Positions 1 to 8,048 of a stretch of 64,000 nucleotides of DNA are shown here, piece after piece. Origin of the DNA: an uncultured Candidatus Saccharibacteria bacterium. GTDB lineage: Bacteria; Patescibacteriota; WWE3; UBA101185; UBA10185. The position numbers and the translations under genes are program-made. The stretch is taken from assembly GCA_964615625.1 (NCBI GenBank), contig CAZTQT010000003.1:4379-68378 (forward strand), in the 5' to 3' direction. The first letter of the stretch is position 1, and the number at the start of each line of letters is the position of its first letter. The notes beneath the pieces were generated by a model that saw only the letters and a list, made by a program, of their open reading frames with translations, did not search any database and was not told the DNA's origin.

Positions 1-1535
1 CCAATTAGTTTTTCTGATAAGTCTATACATGATGTTATAGCAGGAAGGGTTATAAAAACCTCGTGTCTCTTTTCAATATCTTCAGCTTTCTCTTCCAATA
101 TACTTATAGTATCTTCTCTTGAATTTTCCTCAATTTTCACTATATGAAAAAGTCTAGATATTGCTTCATTCGGTTCTATATATTTTCTATAATTTGATAT
201 GGAAATAGCTCCTATAAGTCGTATTCTCTGTCTTGATATATGGCTTTCTAAAACTGACAGTACTGTTGAGTTATAACCCCCTTCTTCGCCCATTCCCGTA
301 ATGAGATTTTGGATCTCATCAATGAAAAGTATTATATCTCCGGATCCTTCTGCTTCTTCTAAAGCCAAAGATACTTTATCTGAAACATTTCCCGAATCTT
401 TGTTCTCAGAAGTTAGGAGACCTACATTTATACTAACCATCCTTTTATTTCTTAGAGTTTTATGTTCAGTTCCTGTCATTATTTCGTAAGCTATGCCGTT
501 TATTATAGATGTTTTACCAACTCCAGATTCTCCTATCATTAAGATATCATTCTTCTCACTATCTAATATATCTGCAATTTGTTTTATTTCTAAATCCCTT
601 CCTATAACATTTTTAACTTGCCCTCTTTTCACTTGTTTTGTTATATCTACAGAAATTTTGTCTAAATTTGGTGTTACTCTACCCAACATTCCCTTTCCTA
701 TCCCTCCAGAAGGAGGTTTTCTGTACCCATCTTGCCATATATATTGTTTTTCCTTATTTTCTTTTTGATTTACTATCCAAAAAGCAGACTTCTCTATAAT
801 GTCAAAATTTGAGTTAAATATTAAAAGTAGTGTGTTTATATTTGGTATATTTTCTACTATTGCTATAAAAAGATGTTCTAACTCAACATATCTTGAAGAG
901 TTAGTTTTAGCTTTCTCAAAACTACTCCCTACTATGTCGTCAATTTTGGGATTTTGTGCGTTAAGTATTTTTTCCTCAAATTCTGGAATATCTAGCTCAC
1001 ACTTTTTAAGTAAATGTTTTATTTGCTCATCTTTAAAAAGTTCAAGAAGAATTAATCTTGTATCTTTGTTCGTGTTTTTTAATATATAGGCCGGTTTAGG
1101 TCTGAAAGACTTTATTTTTGATTGTTGTGTGGATATTTGTGAGATTTTTTTGGATGGTTTATCTAAGTTTATGTATACAAATACCAAGTATAGAAAAATA
1201 AAATAAAGTATTACATAAATAAGGGAGGATGATTTAAAAATAAAAAATGGAATGGCGATCCATATTATAGGAGATATTATTAGTGCTATTACGGCAAAGA
1301 ACATTAATATCATTCCTATAAAAATCATGAATATTCTAGTAAAAAAACTGACCATTCTACCTGTGAAGTTAGTTAAACCAAAAAGTGGGACAAAAAGAAG
1401 CCTTATGTTGTCAGTAAAGGAAATTGTATTGTCAAAACCAGATAAAAGTATTCCACCAACTTTAGTTATTTTCAACGGTGTTTTTACCAACCACCAATAT
1501 AAGAATTTGTGAGGAGGTTTTACGTAATAAGGCAT
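1..1535 (-). CDS. ClpA/ClpB/ClpC-family AAA+ ATPase with N-terminal membrane segment (partial; runs off the window start)
   Basis: Not in the ORF track; translated by hand from ATG 1535 (MPYYVKPPHKFLYWW...). Hydrophobic stretch IFMIFIGMILMFFAVIALIISPIIWIAIPFFIF, Clp-like VIGRDLEIKQIADIL, Walker A GESGVGKT, Walker B ILFIDEIQ, then YRKYIEPNEAISRLF. Confidence 0.85.
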   Translation of the reverse strand, partial: MPYYVKPPHKFLYWWLVKTPLKITKVGGILLSGFDNTISFTDNIRLLFVPLFGLTNFTGRMVSFFTRIFMIFIGMILMFFAVIALIISPIIWIAIPFFIFKSSSLIYVILYFIFLYLVFVYINLDKPSKKISQISTQQSKIKSFRPKPAYILKNTNKDTRLILLELFKDEQIKHLLKKCELDIPEFEEKILNAQNPKIDDIVGSSFEKAKTNSSRYVELEHLFIAIVENIPNINTLLLIFNSNFDIIEKSAFWIVNQKENKEKQYIWQDGYRKPPSGGIGKGMLGRVTPNLDKISVDITKQVKRGQVKNVIGRDLEIKQIADILDSEKNDILMIGESGVGKTSIINGIAYEIMTGTEHKTLRNKRMVSINVGLLTSENKDSGNVSDKVSLALEEAEGSGDIILFIDEIQNLITGMGEEGGYNSTVLSVLESHISRQRIRLIGAISISNYRKYIEPNEAISRLFHIVKIEENSREDTISILEEKAEDIEKRHEVFITLPAITSCIDLSEKLI

Positions 1536-1542
1536 TAAGAAA

Positions 1543-1551
1543 AGAATAACA
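1543..1551 (-). promoter_or_regulatory. Extended -10 element (TGtTATTCT) 7 nt upstream of the Clp ATPase ATG; leaderless-type promoter
   Basis: Minus strand reads TGTTATTCT-tttctta-ATG. Confidence 0.5.
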
Positions 1552-1574
1552 GAAATAAAAGGAATAGGGTATAT

Positions 1575-2027
1575 TTAAAGATTTATTCCCTTAAAAATTA
1601 CTCCAGATATAAAGCCTAACAAAATTGAAATTATGAAAAAAAGTTTGTTTTTATTAAAAACTACAATTCCTAGGTATGGGATTGATGCTATCACTTTTCC
1701 TATAATCTCCTTTTCTGAAATTGGTTGGGGATCTTTTTCTTCGTTATTATCACCCTTAGTATAAAAAAAGTATTGACCGTGTGTAAAAGATATATCTGTT
1801 ATTCTGTGAGTTATTATCGGACCTTTGTTGTTCTGTTTATAAGAGATAATGTCACCTATTTTTAAAGTTTTAGGTTTTTTTACTATTACAAGTGAGTTTA
1901 ATTTTAAACTTGGGGACATAGATGATGAAGATATTTTATAGATTTTTATATTTAATTTGAGAATAATCAATAATATTATTAATGTAGGTATTATCAAAAA
2001 TAGGGAAGTGGATAGAACTTTTCTCAT
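1575..2027 (-). CDS. sipW: Signal peptidase I, SipW/ER-archaeal type (S26B, Ser-His dyad)
   Basis: N-terminal TM, SSSMSP (Ser box), ITHRI (His), TKGDNNEEKDP box, C-terminal IPYLG plus TM; adjacent to a TasA-like gene. Confidence 0.8.
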   Translation of the reverse strand: MRKVLSTSLFLIIPTLIILLIILKLNIKIYKISSSSMSPSLKLNSLVIVKKPKTLKIGDIISYKQNNKGPIITHRITDISFTHGQYFFYTKGDNNEEKDPQPISEKEIIGKVIASIPYLGIVVFNKNKLFFIISILLGFISGVIFKGINL

Positions 2028-2061
2028 ATTGTTTTTTTAAGTTTAAATTTTAATAACATGC

Positions 2062-2089
2062 TCCGCGGCGGGCTAAAGCCCGCCGCGGA
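2062..2089 (-). terminator. GC-rich perfect hairpin (12-bp stem) between the tasA-like gene and sipW; terminator or mRNA-stabilising element
   Basis: tccgcggcgggc-taaa-gcccgccgcgga in an otherwise AT-rich context; no clean U-tract. Confidence 0.6.
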
Positions 2090-2107
2090 AGCCTGAGTTT
2101 TAACAAA

Positions 2108-2689
2108 TTACATTTGTATAGCATTAAACTCAAAATCAAACGTTGCAGCAGCTCCCTGTTTTGTAGCACTTATATTAGGCGTAGAAAATCTCAATATTAG
2201 CTCCATAGTTTGTCCATGGTTAAGTTCTCCTAAACTAAATCCTTCAGTTTTCCACTTAATAAATGATTTCTGCCCCAAGCTGAGTCCTTCTTCACCTGGA
2301 TCCACTATTCCGTTTTGGTTTGTATCTGCCCATTTTATTATTTCAACCATTATGTCTGATCTTAGGTCTTTAGGATCATTCACGGTTTCGTAGTAAGCTT
2401 TAGAGGTTATACCTATTTTTGATGTTGCCATACTTATTAGTTTTATAAGATAGTCTTGTTGCCAACCAGGTCCTAGATTATCAAAACTTGGTCCTGGAAG
2501 CCCGTCTCTGTAGTTTGCTGGATCTGTTCCCATTGATAAAGATTCTAAAAACATTAAATTAGCACTACCTACACTAAAAGTAGATCCAGCAACCTTTGCT
2601 TGGTCGGTAAAAGCAGAGTAGGTTATACCTGCTAATAGAGATATTGTTACAATGGCTAAGCCTATTATATATGGTATTTTCTTTTTCAT
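2108..2689 (-). CDS. TasA/camelysin-like secreted protein with SipW-cognate signal peptide
   Basis: MKKK plus hydrophobic helix, then GITYSAFTD...STFSVGS (SipW-type cleavage motif); C-terminal QGAAATFDFEFNAIQ typical of TasA-family ends; perfect SD AGGAGGTGA upstream of ATG 2689. Confidence 0.75.
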   Translation of the reverse strand: MKKKIPYIIGLAIVTISLLAGITYSAFTDQAKVAGSTFSVGSANLMFLESLSMGTDPANYRDGLPGPSFDNLGPGWQQDYLIKLISMATSKIGITSKAYYETVNDPKDLRSDIMVEIIKWADTNQNGIVDPGEEGLSLGQKSFIKWKTEGFSLGELNHGQTMELILRFSTPNISATKQGAAATFDFEFNAIQM

Positions 2690-2711
2690 AATCACCTCCT
2701 TTCTTTTTAAA

Positions 2712-3395
2712 TTAACAACAACTTATCAGGTTGGAAGATTTCATGCTTGAAAAATTGTCATTTGTAACAATGACGTGATCTATCAATGGTATCCCCATGT
2801 TTATACCAGCGTTGTGTATTCTTTTTGTTACTTTTATGTCTTCGTCACTTGGTTCACATTTTTCAGATGGGTGATTGTGGGCCAAAATTATATAACAAGA
2901 GTTTTTGGAGACAGCTTTTTTGAATATTTCTCTTGGGTGTATCAGAGTTTCGTTTAGAGTGCCTTTGGATATTATGTCTTTTGATATAAGTTTGTTCCTA
3001 CTATCAAGACACAGCAAAAATAGGTATTCTTGATTTTTATTGAAAATGTCCTTTCTAACAATGTCATATACATCTTTTGGTGTTTTTACATAAGTTGGAG
3101 TTTCTCGTGACGGTGATAAGTATCTTTTAGATATTTCTTCCACGGCTTTTAAAGAGGATGCCTTTGCTGTATCTATATTTTTAAACTCTAATATCTCTTC
3201 TATATCAGCTAAAAGCAATTCTTTTATACCGCCAAATTTATTTATTAAATCCCTAGAGAGGGATGTGACAGGGTAGTCTTTACCACCAGATCTTAATATT
3301 ATAGATACAAGTTCCACATCTGTTAGGTTTTCTGCTCCTATTTTCATGAGTTTTTCCCTTGGTTTTTCAATTTTTTGAAGATCGTTAATTTTCAT
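2712..3395 (-). CDS. radC: RadC family JAB/MPN domain protein
   Basis: PREKL...GAENLTDVEL N-terminus, HPREIF, HNHPS...SDED, DHVIV. Confidence 0.92.
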   Translation of the reverse strand: MKINDLQKIEKPREKLMKIGAENLTDVELVSIILRSGGKDYPVTSLSRDLINKFGGIKELLLADIEEILEFKNIDTAKASSLKAVEEISKRYLSPSRETPTYVKTPKDVYDIVRKDIFNKNQEYLFLLCLDSRNKLISKDIISKGTLNETLIHPREIFKKAVSKNSCYIILAHNHPSEKCEPSDEDIKVTKRIHNAGINMGIPLIDHVIVTNDNFSSMKSSNLISCC

Positions 3396-3470
3396 ATCAT
3401 TTTCGTTTTGTAAAATTTATCTCAGCATTTATTTAATATCAATAAAGGTTAGTCTATTTTTAGTAGTAAT

Positions 3471-3779
3471 ATGTTAAATAATAAGGAAATAATAATAGCT
3501 CAAAAAATAAAAAATATAAGATTATTGAAAAATCTATCCCAAGATAGATTTGGGAAGAAGATAGGTAAGTCTGGAAAGACCATCTCTGCTTATGAAAGTG
3601 GGAGGTGTGTTCCTACATTAAAGGTATTAGATGATATATCTCAGGTTTATGATGTAACTTTTATACATACAAATAACGATAGGAAAGAGCAGTTAAGGAG
3701 CAAATTGGATTATTTAAAAAACACAATAAAAGATATAGAGTCAGCGTTTTTAACAGATGAGAACAATTCTGATATTTGA
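3471..3779 (+). CDS. XRE-family helix-turn-helix transcriptional regulator
   Basis: IKNIRLLKNLSQDRFGKKIGKSGKTISAYESGRCVPT HTH_3 pattern followed by a short coiled coil. Confidence 0.85.
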   Translation: MLNNKEIIIAQKIKNIRLLKNLSQDRFGKKIGKSGKTISAYESGRCVPTLKVLDDISQVYDVTFIHTNNDRKEQLRSKLDYLKNTIKDIESAFLTDENNSDI

Positions 3780-3782
3780 TTT

Positions 3783-4304
3783 CTACCTCTTTGAATATTG
3801 TGGTTTCTTTCTTGCTTTTCTGAAGAATGGTTTCTTCCTCTCAACCATTCTAGAGTCTCTAGTCATGAAGCTTTGTTTTCTTAGTGTTTTATCAAATTCC
3901 TCATCTATCTTAGCAAGTGCCTTCGATAGTCCTAGTATAATTGCGTCCATTTGAGAAGGTTTACCAGATCCTTCTACCTTTATAGTAGCTGAATATTTTG
4001 ATTCAGGGTGAGATATTCCAACCGCATGGAATGGTTTTTCCCATCTTGATTGTGTTTTTTCAAAAGGGAAATACTCTGATATAGGCATGTCGTTTACAGT
4101 AAAAGGACCTTTTTCGTCATACAAGAATACTCTAGCTACGGCTGTTTTCCTTCTTCCTGTTCCAGTGAACAAACCTGTTTTGGATTTCTTCTTTTCTTTT
4201 TTTACTTTAGTATTTTCTGCAGTATTTTCTACTACTTCAACTTTCTCAACCTTTTCTTCTTTTATAACTTCTTTTTTCTTTGTCTCTTTTTTTGTTGTAG
4301 CCAT
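3783..4304 (-). CDS. rpsI: 30S ribosomal protein S9 with charged N-terminal extension
   Basis: TGRRKTAVARV, TRDSRMVERKK, PQYSKR. Confidence 0.97.
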   Translation of the reverse strand: MATTKKETKKKEVIKEEKVEKVEVVENTAENTKVKKEKKKSKTGLFTGTGRRKTAVARVFLYDEKGPFTVNDMPISEYFPFEKTQSRWEKPFHAVGISHPESKYSATIKVEGSGKPSQMDAIILGLSKALAKIDEEFDKTLRKQSFMTRDSRMVERKKPFFRKARKKPQYSKR

Positions 4305-4735
4305 TATTTGTTTAACTGTGCAGTGTGTGGGTGTTCCTCACCTGCGTAAATATATAAATTTGCTAATCTTTCTTTTCTTAATTTATTTTTTGGTAACATT
4401 CCAGAAACAGATCTTCTCAAAGCCTCTGTAGGTAATCTTACCATCAAAGACTCCAAGCTTTCTGATCTTAATCCTTTTGGAAAACCTGTATGTCTTATGT
4501 ATTGTTTATCTTCCATTTTTTTACCTGTTACCTTAATTTTTTCGGCATTTATAACTACAACCTTACCTCCCCAATTTTGAGACGGTGTGTAGTTAGGATT
4601 ATCTTTTCCCGTTAAGAGAATTGCTATCTTTTCACTGATTTTTCCTAATATCTGATCTTTGGCATCAACTAGATACCATTTATCTTCTCTTTTTGTAGGA
4701 TTTAAAAATGTAGTTTTATTCGGTTTTGTTTTCAT
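4304..4735 (-). CDS. rplM: 50S ribosomal protein L13
   Basis: WYLVDAKDQILG, VVVINAEKI, GMLPKNKL, HPHTAQ. Confidence 0.97.
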   Translation of the reverse strand: MKTKPNKTTFLNPTKREDKWYLVDAKDQILGKISEKIAILLTGKDNPNYTPSQNWGGKVVVINAEKIKVTGKKMEDKQYIRHTGFPKGLRSESLESLMVRLPTEALRRSVSGMLPKNKLRKERLANLYIYAGEEHPHTAQLNK

Positions 4736-5168
4736 CCTTATTTTCTTTCTTGCTAACTTTTCTCTTTAGTTTCTCTTTAGTTTCTTCTATGTTAGAAACC
4801 AATTCTATCCTAGCTGTTTGCGCATTATCTCCGTCTCTGTTACCAGTTTTGATAATTCTTGTATAACCACCTTTTCTTTCTAAGAACTTTGGAGCTACTT
4901 CATCTACAAGTTTTCTTATTGCGGACTCAGATCTTATTTCTTTTCTAATATTTTTAACAATATTAAATTTAGATATTTTATCACCAGTTTTGTTTGCTTT
5001 TATACCCTTTGTTATAACCCTTTCAACTTTGGGCTTTATGTATTTAGCCTTTGCTAGAGTTGTATTAATCTTACCTTCCTCAATTATTTGAGTAATAAGA
5101 TTCATAGTTAAAGCTTTTCTATGATCTTTATCTCTATTTAAAGTTTTCTTTACAACTCTGTGTCTCAT
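4716..5168 (-). CDS. rplQ: 50S ribosomal protein L17
   Basis: MRHR...HRKAL, TTLAKAK, RKGGYTRIIK, RDGDNA. Confidence 0.97.
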   Translation of the reverse strand: MRHRVVKKTLNRDKDHRKALTMNLITQIIEEGKINTTLAKAKYIKPKVERVITKGIKANKTGDKISKFNIVKNIRKEIRSESAIRKLVDEVAPKFLERKGGYTRIIKTGNRDGDNAQTARIELVSNIEETKEKLKRKVSKKENKDENKTE

Positions 5169-5171
5169 TGT

Positions 5172-6095
5172 TTACTTTCTATAGCCTTCCTTTTCTAGTA
5201 AATCTTTTATTTCTTGAAGTGATTTTTCACCTATATTTTTAATATCTTCTAGTTCTTCATTTGTTTTCTTTGCTAATTCTTGAAGAGTGTTGATTTTACT
5301 CTTTTTCAAAGCGTTTATGGTTCTTGTTTGTAGTAAGAGCTCCTCAACTAAGATATCTTCTACAGGTTTAGACATTGTCTTAGGTTTTTCCTTCACTTCT
5401 TTTTCTTGTGGATCTGCTTTCCATTCTTGGAAGTTTATATAATATTCTTTTAATATACCTGCAGCGTCTTTTATAGCATCTTTAGGAGATATGCTACCGT
5501 CTGTTTCAATTGTAAAAGTTATTTTATCTAAGTCTGTTCTACCGCCAAATCTTGTAGGTTCAATCTCGTAATTAGCACTTACTATTGGAGAGAATAAAGC
5601 ATCTAATATAATGACCCCAACTTTTGATGTTTGTCTATCTTCCATAGGGGAATAACCGACACCTTGTTCTACAACAATTTCCATTTCTAATTTAGCTTTA
5701 GCGTCTGATAGTGTAGCTATATGCTGGTCTTTGTTCATTATTTCAACGTCAGATGTTAGTTCAATATCCTTAGCGGTTACTTTTCCAGGACCTTTTTTAT
5801 TCAAAGTTACTATGACTGGTCCTTCGGAATGGCTCTTAAATCTTATTTTTTTCAAATTTAGTGTTATTTCAACTATGTCTTCTTTGACACCTGTAAGTGT
5901 TGTAAATTGATGGGTAGCACCACTTACTTTAACTTGTGTGGCTGCCGAACCTTTTATAGAGGATAAGAGAACTCTTCTTAATGCATTTGCCAATGTATAA
6001 CCAAAACCTGTAGGTAACGGTTCATAAGAATAAACTCCAATATTTCCATCCTCTTTTATGGTGTTTATTTTTAAATTTTCTTTAGTAACTTCCAT
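5172..6095 (-). CDS. rpoA: RNA polymerase alpha subunit
   Basis: EPLPTGFGYTLANALRRVLLSS, DALFSP, alpha-CTD NIGEKSLQEI; SD AGGAGG. Confidence 0.98.
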   Translation of the reverse strand: MEVTKENLKINTIKEDGNIGVYSYEPLPTGFGYTLANALRRVLLSSIKGSAATQVKVSGATHQFTTLTGVKEDIVEITLNLKKIRFKSHSEGPVIVTLNKKGPGKVTAKDIELTSDVEIMNKDQHIATLSDAKAKLEMEIVVEQGVGYSPMEDRQTSKVGVIILDALFSPIVSANYEIEPTRFGGRTDLDKITFTIETDGSISPKDAIKDAAGILKEYYINFQEWKADPQEKEVKEKPKTMSKPVEDILVEELLLQTRTINALKKSKINTLQELAKKTNEELEDIKNIGEKSLQEIKDLLEKEGYRK

Positions 6096-6106
6096 ATTTT
6101 CCTCCT

Positions 6107-6126
6107 TAGCCTACACAAGCAGGCTA
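6107..6126 (-). promoter_or_regulatory. Stem-loop directly 5' of the rpoA Shine-Dalgarno
   Basis: Minus strand TAGCCTGC-TTGT-GTAGGCTA immediately followed by AGGAGG-aaaat-ATG. Confidence 0.45.
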
Positions 6127-6132
6127 TTAAAA

Positions 6133-6735
6133 TTATCTTGAATAGAACTCAATTATTGATTGAACATCAACGTTTTCTTGAAGATCGTCTTCAGCAGGGA
6201 ACCTGCTGTATTTAACTGATTTTTCTTTTAAGTTGACTTCTAGCCAATCAGGCATTATGAAACCTTCTCTTAAACTTATTTTCTCAATACTTACAGGTTT
6301 TATAATATCCCCAACTTTTATTTGTGCTGAGGGTACGTTTATTTCTTTGTCATTGACAGTAAATAAACCTCTTCTTATATTTTGTCTTGCTTGTGCTCTA
6401 GATACGGCAAAACCACTTCTGTATACCAAATTATCTAACCTGGATTCTAGTTTTTGCATTAAAATACTTCCAGAAACCCCCTTAGATTTTAAGGCTTCTT
6501 TTACGTAGCTTCTAAATTGTTTTTCAAGCAATCCGTATATCCTTTTTGCCTTTTGTTTTTCCCTTAATTGTTGGCCATAAGAGGAAAGAGTCTTTCTGCT
6601 TAGACCATGTTGTCCTGGGGCTTGTATTTTATCAGCTAAGGGACATTTTTCACTTTCACATTTTTTACCTTTTAAATAGAGCTTAACCCCTTCTCTTCTA
6701 CACATTCTGCATTTTGGTCCTATATATCTTGCCAT
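6133..6735 (-). CDS. rpsD: 30S ribosomal protein S4 (Zn-binding type)
   Basis: MARYIGPKCRMCRREG, QLREKQK, LESRLDNLVYR, IIEFYSR. Confidence 0.98.
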   Translation of the reverse strand: MARYIGPKCRMCRREGVKLYLKGKKCESEKCPLADKIQAPGQHGLSRKTLSSYGQQLREKQKAKRIYGLLEKQFRSYVKEALKSKGVSGSILMQKLESRLDNLVYRSGFAVSRAQARQNIRRGLFTVNDKEINVPSAQIKVGDIIKPVSIEKISLREGFIMPDWLEVNLKEKSVKYSRFPAEDDLQENVDVQSIIEFYSR

Positions 6736-6737
6736 TT

Positions 6738-7112
6738 TTACACCCTTCTCCTATTTTTAGGTCTACACCCGTTGTGAGGCATAGGTGTTTGATCAGAAAT
6801 TGATACCACATTAAGTCCTGCAGATTTTAAGGCTTTTATAGAAGAAATTCTTCCCATTCCAGGTCCTTTAACAAATACAGAAACCTCTCTTAAACCAGCA
6901 TTAAAGGCCACAACCCCTGCTTGTTCAGCTGCTTTAGTAGCAGCATACGGGGTTGACTTTCTTGAACCTTTAAAACCAGATCTACCAGAACTTCCAGAAA
7001 ATAGAGCATTTCCCTGATCATCAGTTATAGTTATTAAAGTATTATTTACACCGGCTGTAACGTAAGCCCTACCGGTAGAAGATATTTGTTTTTCCTTTTT
7101 TTTCTTTGCCAT
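6738..7112 (-). CDS. rpsK: 30S ribosomal protein S11
   Basis: GFKGSRKSTPYAA, PHNGCRP. Confidence 0.98.
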   Translation of the reverse strand: MAKKKKEKQISSTGRAYVTAGVNNTLITITDDQGNALFSGSSGRSGFKGSRKSTPYAATKAAEQAGVVAFNAGLREVSVFVKGPGMGRISSIKALKSAGLNVVSISDQTPMPHNGCRPKNRRRV

Positions 7113-7113
7113 A

Positions 7114-7500
7114 TTATTTCTTAGCTAATTTTTTCTTTTGACCTCCGACAGTCTTCTTTTTACCTTTTCTGGTTCTAGCATTTGTTCTTGTTCTTTGACC
7201 TCTTGCCGGAAGACCTAGGTGGTGTCTTAAACCTCTATAACTTTTAATTTCTTTTAACCTTCTTATGTTAGAAGTAGTTATTCTTCTAAGCTCACCTTCT
7301 ATAGGTATCTCTAATGTAGATATAGCATTACTTATCTCAGCAATTTCAGCATCTGTCAGGTCTTTGGCTCTGGCATCGGGATTAACCTTAGCCATATCTA
7401 ATATCTTTTTTGATGTCTCTAAACCAATACCTTCAATGTATGTTAAGGACGTTTCTATTCTTTTTTCATTTGGTATATCAACACCTTTAATACGAGGCAT
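7114..7500 (-). CDS. rpsM: 30S ribosomal protein S13
   Basis: [20 protein letters not shown]. Confidence 0.98.
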   Translation of the reverse strand: MPRIKGVDIPNEKRIETSLTYIEGIGLETSKKILDMAKVNPDARAKDLTDAEIAEISNAISTLEIPIEGELRRITTSNIRRLKEIKSYRGLRHHLGLPARGQRTRTNARTRKGKKKTVGGQKKKLAKK

Positions 7501-7502
7501 AT

Positions 7503-7619
7503 TTATCCTTGTCTTTGTTTGTGCTTAGGGTTTCTTTTACATATAACCCTAACAACACCCTTTCTTCTTATTATTTTGCAATCTTTGCAAATAGGTTTTA
7601 TAGACGACCTTACTTTCAT
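7503..7619 (-). CDS. rpmJ: 50S ribosomal protein L36 (Zn-ribbon type)
   Basis: Not in the ORF track; hand translation [38 protein letters not shown]. Confidence 0.97.
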   Translation of the reverse strand: MKVRSSIKPICKDCKIIRRKGVVRVICKRNPKHKQRQG

Positions 7620-7621
7620 AT

Positions 7622-7840
7622 TTATCTTAGACGAAAAGTTATCCTACCTCTCGTTAGATCGTGGGGGGAGAACTCCACTTTTACTTTATCTCCCACTAAC
7701 ACCCTAATACGTTGTTTTCTCATTTTTCCAGATATTACAGCCAAAGCTGTAGAATCATCACCAAATTGAACCTTGAACATACCGCCCATCAGGGTCTCTG
7801 TTACTTTTCCTTCTTTTGTTATTACTTCCTTACTTATCAT
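7622..7840 (-). CDS. infA: Translation initiation factor IF-1
   Basis: [35 protein letters not shown]. Confidence 0.97.
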   Translation of the reverse strand: MISKEVITKEGKVTETLMGGMFKVQFGDDSTALAVISGKMRKQRIRVLVGDKVKVEFSPHDLTRGRITFRLR

Positions 7841-7861
7841 TCTTTTTAAAAGACGCGCTTG

Positions 7862-7890
7862 ATTGTATCAGAACAATTTTTCAAGGTCAA
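7862..7890 (-). promoter_or_regulatory. Sigma70-type promoter of the infA-alpha operon
   Basis: Minus strand TTGACC-17 nt-TACAAT with an extended -10 TG. Confidence 0.7.
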
Positions 7891-7944
7891 TAACCCCAAT
7901 TTGATGACACTTCTTAGTCACCTCATGAGGTCAACATTGTTTTA

Positions 7945-7971
7945 AATGTCTTAAAATTTAATTAAGACATT
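7945..7971. repeat. Inverted repeat with 10-bp arms and a 7-bp spacer in the infA/serS divergent region
   Basis: aatgtcttaa-aatttaa-ttaagacatt; a 12-bp palindrome acctcatgaggt lies at 7920-7931. Confidence 0.6.
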
Positions 7972-8011
7972 CTGTAATCCTTACGCTAATGACTTATATT
8001 ACCACCCCTTA

Positions 8012-8041
8012 TTGAAAAAGCAACGAAAAAAGGATTAAAAT
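8012..8041 (+). promoter_or_regulatory. serS promoter (leaderless-type)
   Basis: TTGAAA-18 nt-TAAAAT, then 7 nt to ATG 8049. Confidence 0.5.
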
Positions 8042-8048
8042 GTAAAAG

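Noticed and set aside
301-1512. Four plus-strand ORFs in the ORF track
   Set aside because: Antisense shadows of the minus-strand Clp ATPase, which carries clear Walker motifs.
1533-1577. sipW and the Clp ATPase are in the same frame, separated by one TAA and 13 sense codons (possible readthrough fusion)
   Set aside because: TAA is a poor readthrough codon, a shared frame has a one-in-three chance, and the spacer holds an extended -10 box that explains its sequence.
7841-8048. Possible replication origin at the strand switch
   Set aside because: No TTATCCACA-type DnaA boxes seen and no dnaA or dnaN nearby; the skew change can be explained by gene orientation.
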